Source of the DNA: Ostreococcus tauri
Taxonomy: Eukaryota
Assembly (NCBI GenBank): GCA_000214015.2
Contig: CAID01000020.2
Location: forward strand, 84,641 to 116,640
DNA length: 32,000 nt
Direction: 5' to 3'
The notes beneath the pieces are model-generated. The model ran no database searches and was not told the DNA's origin. It worked only from the letters and a program-made list of their open reading frames with translations. Below are positions 25,077 to 32,000 of this stretch, one piece after another. Position numbers and translations under genes: made by a program. The first letter of the stretch is position 1, and every line of letters starts with the position of its first letter.

Positions 25077-25625
25077 TCACTTCGTTCGAGGATCGTCCCG
25101 CGTCTTGATCACCCCGTACGCGCTCGAAAACACCAAAAACCCCCCCGTGAACGGCGTGAAGAACGGATAGAGCGTCCCCTCGATCCACCCATCGAGGGAT
25201 TCCGGGAAAACCCCGAACGCGCTCGCCCCCAGCACCACCCCGATCGCGAAGATCACCGCGATGTACGCCGAGAGAAACCGCACGTACGCCTCCTCCGTCG
25301 CCGCCGTCGCCGTCTTCTCCCCCGTCCCGCGCGCCGCCGCCACCGCCGCGGAGTCCACGTCCACGCGCGCCCGACGCGTCGGTCGCTTCGAGCGCGTCAC
25401 CCGTTCGCGCGCGTCCACGCGCGCGGCGTCCGAGGCGTCGACGTCGTCGATGCGATCGCCGTCGCGATCCTTTCCACGCGTCGACCGCGCCGTCGTTCGC
25501 GCCGTCGTTCGCGCCGTCGTTCGCGAACGCGAAGGCGTCGTTCGCGAACCCGACGCGCGCGGGATGGCGCGCATCGTCGTCGTCGCGGCGCGGGATGGCG
25601 CGAGCGGTGCGATCGATTCGCGCAT
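25077..25625 (-). CDS. Small membrane protein with an organellar-type presequence and two C-terminal transmembrane helices; family not recognised
   Basis: ATG at 25625. The N-terminal half is Arg/Thr/Ser/Ala-rich and includes (TTAR)3 from a 15-bp x3 repeat at about 25488-25532. The C-terminal end reads EEAYVRFLSAYIAVIFAIGVVLGASAFGVFPESLDGWIEGTLYPFFTPFTGGFLVFSSAYGVIKTRDDPRTK. Confidence 0.6.
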   Translation of the reverse strand: MRESIAPLAPSRAATTTMRAIPRASGSRTTPSRSRTTARTTARTTARSTRGKDRDGDRIDDVDASDAARVDARERVTRSKRPTRRARVDVDSAAVAAARGTGEKTATAATEEAYVRFLSAYIAVIFAIGVVLGASAFGVFPESLDGWIEGTLYPFFTPFTGGFLVFSSAYGVIKTRDDPRTK

Positions 25626-25736
25626 CGTCGCGTCACGCGTGTGAAAAAATGAAAAAAATCACCACGACGCGACGCGCGCGACGCGCGCGACGCGCGAGAC
25701 GCGCGAGACGCGATCGGGACGCGGCGTCGACGCGTC

Positions 25737-26086
25737 GACGGGCGCGACGCGTCGGTCGGACGCGTCGACGCGATGCGTGTGCACACATCATCTTTCCATG
25801 ATTCGACCAAGACCCATGAATGAATGCGCGCATGTGCATTCATTCATGAAAACATGCATTCATGAACGCATTACAAAAGCCATGGATGTGCGTCGAGCGC
25901 CGCGGGCGTCGCGACGGGCGCGACGCGTCGGTCGGACGCGTCGACGCGATGCGTGTGCACACATCATCTTTCCACGATTCGACCAAGACCCATGAATATG
26001 AATGGTTGCGCGCATGTGCATTCATTCATGAAATCATGCATTCATGAACGCATCACAAAAGCCATCGATGCGCGTCGAGCGCCGCG
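25737..26086. repeat. Tandem duplication (176-bp period, 2 copies) carrying palindromic CATGAATG/TTCATGAA elements
   Basis: gacgggcgcgacgcgtcggtcggacgcgtcgacgcgatgcgtgtgcacacatcatctttcca(t/c)gattcgaccaagacccatgaat...gcgcgcatgtgcattcattcatgaaa(a/t)catgcattcatgaacgcat(t/c)acaaaagccat... starts at 25737 and again at 25913. Copy 2 carries a 6-bp insertion. Confidence 0.9.
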
Positions 26087-27052
26087 AGCGCGAAGACCGT
26101 CGCGAACGCCCCGTCGACGCGTCGAGCGACGCCGCGCGCCCGTCGACGCCCCCCCCGCGCGCGTCCCGATGCTCGATGGTCATCATCTGTGTGCGCAAAC
26201 AGTACGCACACATGACGATGTCGACACGTCCCGAGCGCCCACTCGACCCCATCGCGCGGCGCGCCGCGTCGACGACCGCCCCCGAGGCCCCGCGCGCGCG
26301 CGCCGACGGTCGACGCCCGGACGCGCGACGCGTCGGCGATCGACGCGCCGCGCGATTCATCCATCGGGGCGTCGTTTCACATTTGATTGCACGCATTCGA
26401 TGGCGATCGATTCACGACCACGCGACGTCCCGACCACGCGCCGTGGACGCCCGAACGCGGGCATGGACGACCGCGCGCGCGTCCGCGACGGCGTCGTCGA
26501 CGACGACGCGCCGTGGTCGAGGACGGGCGACGACGACGACGACGACGCGACGGCGACGCCGACGACGAGGCCCGGCGACGCGCCGACGACGACGACGACG
26601 GACGCGCGCGCGATTTCGATGGCGTCCACGGTGGAGTTCATCCGTCGCGTCGCCCTCGAGCGCGGGCGCGCGCTCGAGCGGTGGACGTGGGCGCGCGACG
26701 GCGAGGACGAGGACGCGCCGGCGACGCCGTCCGAGGGTTCGGTCCATCGCGCGCGGCTCTGCGACTCCGCGCGCGCGTCGCCGAGGCGGGCGAGGGACGC
26801 GGGCGACGGCCGGGGCGCGGGCGCGATCGCGCGGGCGACGGGCGCGGTGGGTCGGCGCGCGGCGACGGACGCGCGGGGATCGGCGCGGAATCGGCGACGG
26901 GCGACGGCGACGACGACGACGACGGCGACGCGGACGCGGATGGGCGCGACGGTGTCGAGGCGTTTCTCGCCCTGTTAGCGCGGGCGCAGGGCGCGTGGGC
27001 GCGCGCGAGCGACGGCGACGCGCCTCGAGGATGGACGGGGAGCGCGAGCACG

Positions 27053-28453
27053 ATGTCGCGCGCGGGGACGATTCGCGTCGGTCGAGCGCATCAGGCGGAC
27101 GTCCCGGCGGGGACGGACGCAAGCGTGCGCAGGGGGGCGCCGAACGCGCGCGAGCGGTACTTTTTGGGCGCGCGCGCGTTTCCTGTCGGGACGAAGGGGG
27201 TAGGGACGCGGGTCGGGACGCGTCCGTCGCCGTGGCGACGCGACGCGCGCGCGGCGGCGAACGCGGCGGCGAACGCGGGCGCGCTCGAGCGAGCGAATGG
27301 AGGGACGGGGACGAGCGCCGATACCTCGCGCGCCGTCGAGGATGGACACAGAAATGACGACGCCGACGACGGCGACGACGCGACGGAAAAGAATGCGGGC
27401 GAACGCGCCGACGGCGACGACGTGAATGATGGCGACGCGCGCTCGGCGAAACGAAAGCCGTTGTTCTCCGATGAAGAGATCGCGCGCTCCAGGCGCGCGC
27501 TCGAGGATGGATTGCGCGCGGCGGGCGTGGACGAGTCGAGCGGTATGCTCGGCTTGCGAACGATCGGCGCCGCGAACGCGCGAGAGAATTGGGACGACGA
27601 TGAAATCGCGACATTTTCACGGCACGCCACCGCGTACGCCGACGATTTGATTCGTCTGAAGAGCAAGCTCCCGAAGAAGACGATGCGCGACGTCGTGAGT
27701 TACTACTACAACGTCTGGCAAATCGGCGTTGAAAATTTTGGTCGCGTCGACATCGAGGGCGCCGAGGCGCCGGCGCCGCGCGAGCGCAGGCGAGGTCCGG
27801 CGCCCAAGTACACGAGCGCGCAGATTCAGCGCGAGAAGGATCAGAGAAGAATTCACAACTTTTTGGAGTACATTCGCGCCGTGGCGATGAATCCGAAACG
27901 GGCAATGTTAAACGTACATCGAGCGCCGACGACGGCGCGCGTGTTCGATCACATGATGGCCCGATTCCGAGCTGGGACGCACCCGTCGCCGGGAGACACC
28001 GAGGGGATTTTGAGCGATTTGGAGAAGCGAAAGACCGCGTCGCTGTTCACGAAGGAGGAGCTCGAGGCGCAGGCCAAGGCCAAGGCGGAGGCCAAGGCGG
28101 AGGCGGCGCGCGCAAAGGCGCGAGCGTACAAAGCCATGCTCAAGGCCCAGCGAAAGGCGGCGCGCGAGGCGGCGAAGACAGAGGAGGGAGGTGGTAAAAC
28201 AAAGAGCGATGACGGCGCCGAGGCGGACGACGACGAGCGCGCCGCCGCGAAGGGGAAGAGGAAGAAGGATGACGAGCCGCCGAAAAAGAAGGCGAAAAAA
28301 ACTAACATTGTGCTTCACAAGACGCCAAAGACGCCAAAGACCGCGGAGATGGAGACGAAACGCGTCACGCCCACAGGGACGACGAAGGTGGTCAAGTCGA
28401 TGAAGCAGAAAAAGGTGAACTCGCCGAACGAGGAAAAGAGGTTCGTTCTTTAA
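27053..28453 (+). CDS. ELM2-SANT domain protein (CoREST/MTA-like chromatin cofactor) with a Lys/Ala/Glu-rich C-terminus; the 5' boundary is uncertain and may extend upstream
   Basis: ELM2-like IRVGRAHQADVP directly after ATG 27053. SANT/Myb-like WDDDEIATFSRHATAYADDLIRLKSKLPKKTMRDVVSYYYNVWQ. A basic coiled-coil-like tail (EAQAKAKAEAKAEAARAKARAYKAMLKAQRKAAREAAK...KKKAKK). The track ORF (26387..28453) is open upstream but has no ATG before 27053. Confidence 0.7.
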   Translation: MSRAGTIRVGRAHQADVPAGTDASVRRGAPNARERYFLGARAFPVGTKGVGTRVGTRPSPWRRDARAAANAAANAGALERANGGTGTSADTSRAVEDGHRNDDADDGDDATEKNAGERADGDDVNDGDARSAKRKPLFSDEEIARSRRALEDGLRAAGVDESSGMLGLRTIGAANARENWDDDEIATFSRHATAYADDLIRLKSKLPKKTMRDVVSYYYNVWQIGVENFGRVDIEGAEAPAPRERRRGPAPKYTSAQIQREKDQRRIHNFLEYIRAVAMNPKRAMLNVHRAPTTARVFDHMMARFRAGTHPSPGDTEGILSDLEKRKTASLFTKEELEAQAKAKAEAKAEAARAKARAYKAMLKAQRKAAREAAKTEEGGGKTKSDDGAEADDDERAAAKGKRKKDDEPPKKKAKKTNIVLHKTPKTPKTAEMETKRVTPTGTTKVVKSMKQKKVNSPNEEKRFVL

Positions 28454-28538
28454 CGCGGCGGCGACGATATTTGCGCGCTCGACGTTTGAATACGTTTTAA
28501 CGTTTTAAAACCATCCTCATACGTCTACTGTCCATATT

Positions 28539-30695
28539 CTAACGCATATCTATGAAACGCGTGTTCGAGCCGAGGTATCCCGCCAAAGCCTCCTTCGAGT
28601 TGCTGCGCCCGTCGAGCTTGGCCGACTCGTCGAGCGTGCGCTTATAGCGGTACCAGTCGTTGATCCCCACCGTGATCTCCGCAATCTTATCGAGCTCGCA
28701 CGCGTCGTCGCACTTCATGGAAATCCGTCCTGCCTCGCGCAAACCGGAGAGAAATGCCCCATGCATGGTGGCTGGATACTGCCGCGTCGTCGCCTCGCCT
28801 GCGAAGTGTATGTTCCCGACCGGTTTAGCCATTTCGTCGTAATCTTCACCCGTGGTGTCCACCGAGCACGAGCTGTACGAACCGTACGTGTACTTATCGC
28901 TTTGCCACTTCGTAACGTGGAACGATATTGGATCCGGAACTGTTTTACCTTGCTTCCCAAACGCACTTCGTAGGTACGTCATCAAGTCGGTGACGACGAC
29001 GCTGGGCTCGTGCAACTCGACCTCGATCCCAGCATCTCCCGCACACAGCGCGATCAGGACGTTGTTCCCCTCCGCCTTATCGTACGTGTACGTTAAGAAA
29101 TATCGACCCCGGTCGGACGTCTGGCTCTGCACGAACCCAAAGGCATCATGCGCGTCGTCCCAAAATTTTTCTGGAAACACCAAGACAACTTTGTTCAAAA
29201 CGCCGAAACCAATGTTACGAATCGCTTTTATCTTTCGACACGGGAGCGCGGGGAAGAATTCGATGAGATCACGTTTCAGTACTCCGAGAGGAACAGTGAC
29301 GATGCATGCGTCGGCCATCACGTCCAAGTCTGCGCCGCAGTTAACGATGACACCTCGTCCGACACCGAGATCTGTGATGGACGACACGCGATGGCCGTAC
29401 CAAATCGTCAAACCTTGAGACAAAGCCTCAATGAACTTTTGATTCCCACCCCGCACCACGACGTGATCGCCCGAGAAATCGTACGCGTCGTCCTGGTCCC
29501 ACTGCATGAGGGAGAGCTCTCGAGCCCGCGACGCGTTTGCGAATTCCATATTCGCGATGTGCCAGTTATAAATGTCCTTCGCCTCCTGCCTTTTCTCCGT
29601 GGGGAGCTTTAAGAGCTCATTGTTTATCCTTTTTTCGATCTCAGCTCCGAAACTCGTCGTGTTCGCCACCGATCTCTCGATGTTGCGTCGATGCTCACTC
29701 ATGTCCTCCAGCAACCGATTGAACGTCGCCTCGACGTCCTTATCCATCTCCTCGTTCACCGCGTTGCCGTTTTCATCGTACAAATCGCACTCGGTCTGAA
29801 TCGCGTGTGAAATCAAGCCGAGCTGTCGAGACATAACGAACAGAGGGTTCCCATTGGATCCACTCAAGATGCTCCCGCCCAGGTCGACCGGAACCTTTGT
29901 ACCTTTCGGGCCGTCGAATTCACGCGTATTCACTCGACCTCCCACGCGACGGCGTGCCTCCAGAACGACGACGTCATGTCCGAGGTTGGACAAGTGTCTC
30001 GCCGCAGCGAGTCCCGACATCCCGGCGCCGATGACGACGACGGAGAACTTTTTCTGTTTGAACGTAGAGCCAAAATTTGCCGCGTTCAGCCTTACGTTTT
30101 GAATAGTCGCCGCAAACTCCTCGAACGCGTGCTTCGACGGCTTCATGATTCCAAAGTTGATGTACCCGAACGTGGTCAAGTATTTGTGTACCGCGACCGC
30201 TAGGTCGGAGAATTTCTTCTTGAATAAATCCGTCGCCGTCTCGGCGGTGAGATATTCTCTCGGCCTCGATCGCCACTTCACGATGAGCGCGTTCCTGATG
30301 GCGATAAAATCCTCCTCTCTGTGGTAACCATCTCTCGGCAAGAAAGCTCGTTCGAACTCGGTGAGTCGCTCGCAGTCGAGCGAGAGCTCGTACGCCATGG
30401 CTAAATCGGCGACGTCCTCGGATCGAATTCTTCGCTCGCCGCGCTCCGCGTTTCGACTCTCCGCCTCCTTCCACGACGACGCGCGACGCTCACCGTGTTC
30501 AGTGGTGGTCTCCCCCAGATCCCGCCGCGGTCGTCCACGTCCACGTTTCTTCGGACGACGCCTTTGCTCAGCCGTGGCGTCTCGCTCGTCCCACGAGGCG
30601 TCGTCGTCCGACGCGACGCGTCTCGGTTTCTTCCGCGCCCTCACGCTTCTCCGTTGCTCCCCAATCGTCACCGTCGGCCCTCGCCCGTCGCCCAT
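28539..30695 (-). CDS. LSD1/KDM1-type lysine-specific histone demethylase (SWIRM plus FAD amine oxidase), without a Tower insertion
   Basis: SWIRM: FERAFLPRDGYHREEDFIAIRNALIVKWRSRPREYLT...AVHKYLTTFGYINFG. FAD site: VVVIGAGMSGLAAARHLSNLGHDVVVLEARRRVGGRV. Also WHIANMEFANASRARELSLMQWDQDDAYDFSGDHVVVRGG, GFGVLNKVVLVFPEKFWD and HFAGEATTRQYPATMHGAFLSGLREAGRI, all collinear with human KDM1A. The track start 30839 is a GTG. The first ATG is 30695. Confidence 0.9.
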   Translation of the reverse strand: MGDGRGPTVTIGEQRRSVRARKKPRRVASDDDASWDERDATAEQRRRPKKRGRGRPRRDLGETTTEHGERRASSWKEAESRNAERGERRIRSEDVADLAMAYELSLDCERLTEFERAFLPRDGYHREEDFIAIRNALIVKWRSRPREYLTAETATDLFKKKFSDLAVAVHKYLTTFGYINFGIMKPSKHAFEEFAATIQNVRLNAANFGSTFKQKKFSVVVIGAGMSGLAAARHLSNLGHDVVVLEARRRVGGRVNTREFDGPKGTKVPVDLGGSILSGSNGNPLFVMSRQLGLISHAIQTECDLYDENGNAVNEEMDKDVEATFNRLLEDMSEHRRNIERSVANTTSFGAEIEKRINNELLKLPTEKRQEAKDIYNWHIANMEFANASRARELSLMQWDQDDAYDFSGDHVVVRGGNQKFIEALSQGLTIWYGHRVSSITDLGVGRGVIVNCGADLDVMADACIVTVPLGVLKRDLIEFFPALPCRKIKAIRNIGFGVLNKVVLVFPEKFWDDAHDAFGFVQSQTSDRGRYFLTYTYDKAEGNNVLIALCAGDAGIEVELHEPSVVVTDLMTYLRSAFGKQGKTVPDPISFHVTKWQSDKYTYGSYSSCSVDTTGEDYDEMAKPVGNIHFAGEATTRQYPATMHGAFLSGLREAGRISMKCDDACELDKIAEITVGINDWYRYKRTLDESAKLDGRSNSKEALAGYLGSNTRFIDMR

Positions 30696-30890
30696 CGCCC
30701 CAACGTCCGAGTCTTCATTTTCATCATCCCTCGCTCTCGACGGTTTCCCTTTCCTCCCGCGTCTCCTGAGCGACGCCGACGCGTCCGCCGCCGACGCGAC
30801 CACCCCCGAGGGATCTTCCCATCGCTCGGCCACACCCACCGCGTCGTCCGCGCTGGCATCACTTCCATCTCCCGCCGATCGATCGCTCGC

Positions 30891-30944
30891 GTCGTCCGAA
30901 TCATCGCCTCGACCGTCGTCGTCCGAATCATCGCCTCGACCGTC
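30891..30944. repeat. 27-bp tandem repeat x2 followed by (gtc)n
   Basis: gtcgtccgaatcatcgcctcgaccgtc occurs at 30891-30917 and 30918-30944, followed by gtcgtcgtcgtcgtcgtcgtc. On the minus strand, in the LSD1 frame, this reads DDDDDDDGRGDDSDDDGRGDDSDD. Confidence 0.9.
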
Positions 30945-32000
30945 GTCGTCGTCGTCGTCGTCGCGCGTCGATTCAAAACCTCTCTCGCCCCGCCCCCGCC
31001 GCCCCCGACCCCCCGCGCGACGGCTTCGGAGACTTTAACGATCGTAGCGCCCGTCGCAGGAACGTTCCCACGCCCATGGTCGTCGTCGTCGTCGTCGATC
31101 GATGCCCGATGGTGATGTTCCGACGATCTCGAGAATCGCCCCCGTGCGCGCGCGCGCGAGGCGCTGCCGCGTCCACGACCGCGCGCGAAGGACACGAAAT
31201 ATTTCCTCGACGCCCGCGCGCCGCGAGAGCGACGACGGAGACGCGCCGGCGACGCGCGCGCGCGATGTCGATGCGCGCGACGGTGTGTGTTGGCACACGT
31301 CGTATTCAGTGTACGAATACGCCATGTATCGTCGTTTCGAGACGTGTCCAACGTCCACGGACACCTTCTCGGACCATTGATACGTATAGAATGGGTATTT
31401 AGAGAGATCACGTGTGAGATAATACGCCGGGTCGGCCGCCGCCGCGACGCGCGTCGACGCCGGTGCGCGACGCGCGTTCAACGCGCGCGCTCGAAAAGCG
31501 CGGTCGAGGGGGCGGAGAGAATATTCCCGCCGCAGTCGCGCGCGCGCGCGGGGGGAAAGCGCGGTCGAGCGACGCGTGACGGGGCGATTTCAGGGAATCA
31601 CGCGATTTGACCCGATTTGAATTCACATCGCGCGATCGATCGCGCGACGTCGACGTCGCGCGCGATCGACCGCGCGAGCCGAGATGACGTTTAAGATTTT
31701 CGTCGGTGGACAGCGGGTGAAGAGCGAGGAGGTGTTGGGGCGGTGTTGGGGCGCGGTGCGTGTTCGCGTCGAGGTCGCGCGCGACGCGCGACGACGGCGA
31801 CGCGACGCGGCGACTGACGAAGAAGTCGTTCGCGACGATAGGGCAATCGGGACGGGCAGAAACGCACGCGACACGGTGACGGGGGCGCGGGCGGGACCAT
31901 GGGGACGTGTGACGCGAACGCGCGGGCAGACGGGACGGACGCGCACGAGCCGAGCGCGAAACGCGCGGCGACGTGACGAAGGCTCGCGTGTAGGAGAACT

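Noticed and set aside
26412-27905. A 497-aa minus-strand ORF antisense to the ELM2-SANT gene, plus the Arg-rich + ORFs 26044..27357 and 25953..26978 in part.
   Set aside because: The composition is poly-Arg/Pro/Ser ([39 protein letters not shown]...). The ORF overlaps the conserved ELM2 and SANT segments on the opposite strand.
31035-31481. A 148-aa minus-strand ORF, in the same frame as LSD1 and separated from it only by one TAA at 31035-31037. The aromatic-rich stretch YYLTRDLSKYPFYTYQWSEKVSVDVGHVSKRRYMAYSYTEYDVCQ raised the question of stop-codon readthrough or an upstream exon.
   Set aside because: The Tyr-rich part coincides with an AT-rich island (31290-31440) of the same kind seen in the other promoter spacers, where TAT/TAC-rich DNA translates this way. 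The ORF starts at a TTG. No GTGCG/ACTGAC/CAG intron signals bracket the stop. The rest of the ORF is Arg-rich. It is most likely the LSD1 promoter or 5' leader.

Overview
This window is eukaryotic nuclear DNA, not prokaryotic. It is very gene-dense and visibly GC- and CpG-rich. The gene content includes a plant-type ADP-glucose pyrophosphorylase, organellar bL19, SKP1, cornichon, an LSD1-type demethylase and an intron-containing tRNA-Ile(UAU). Most genes are intronless, spacers are about 40-500 bp, and the few introns are short. Together this fits a picoplanktonic green alga of the Mamiellophyceae type (Ostreococcus/Micromonas-like), which is an inference only.

I call 20 protein-coding genes, one at the left edge being partial. 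I also call one tRNA gene, a duplicated tRNA 3' half, four spliceosomal introns, and several intergenic tandem duplications and microsatellites. The introns are invisible in the ORF track because each splits a conserved protein across frames or across a stop codon.

Many track ORFs of 60 aa or more are Arg/Ala/Pro/Ser-rich shadows of real genes or of CGCG-rich spacers, and I reject them. I see no CRISPR array, no transposon and no operon-like or defence-type system.

The items most worth a second look:
- A shared intron grammar (GTGCG-type donor, gACTGAC branch, CAG acceptor) that rescues SKP1, cornichon and bL19.
- A tRNA-Ile(UAU) gene with an exact tandem copy of its 3' half.
- Convergent adjacency of an LSD1-like demethylase and an ELM2-SANT (CoREST/MTA-like) gene.
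- AT-richer, tandemly duplicated modules and telo-box-like motifs in the divergent promoter spacers.
- Two stretches whose coding status I cannot resolve (23.1-24.3 kb and 26.1-27.05 kb).

All domain calls rest on motifs I recognise by eye in the translations. No database search was run.
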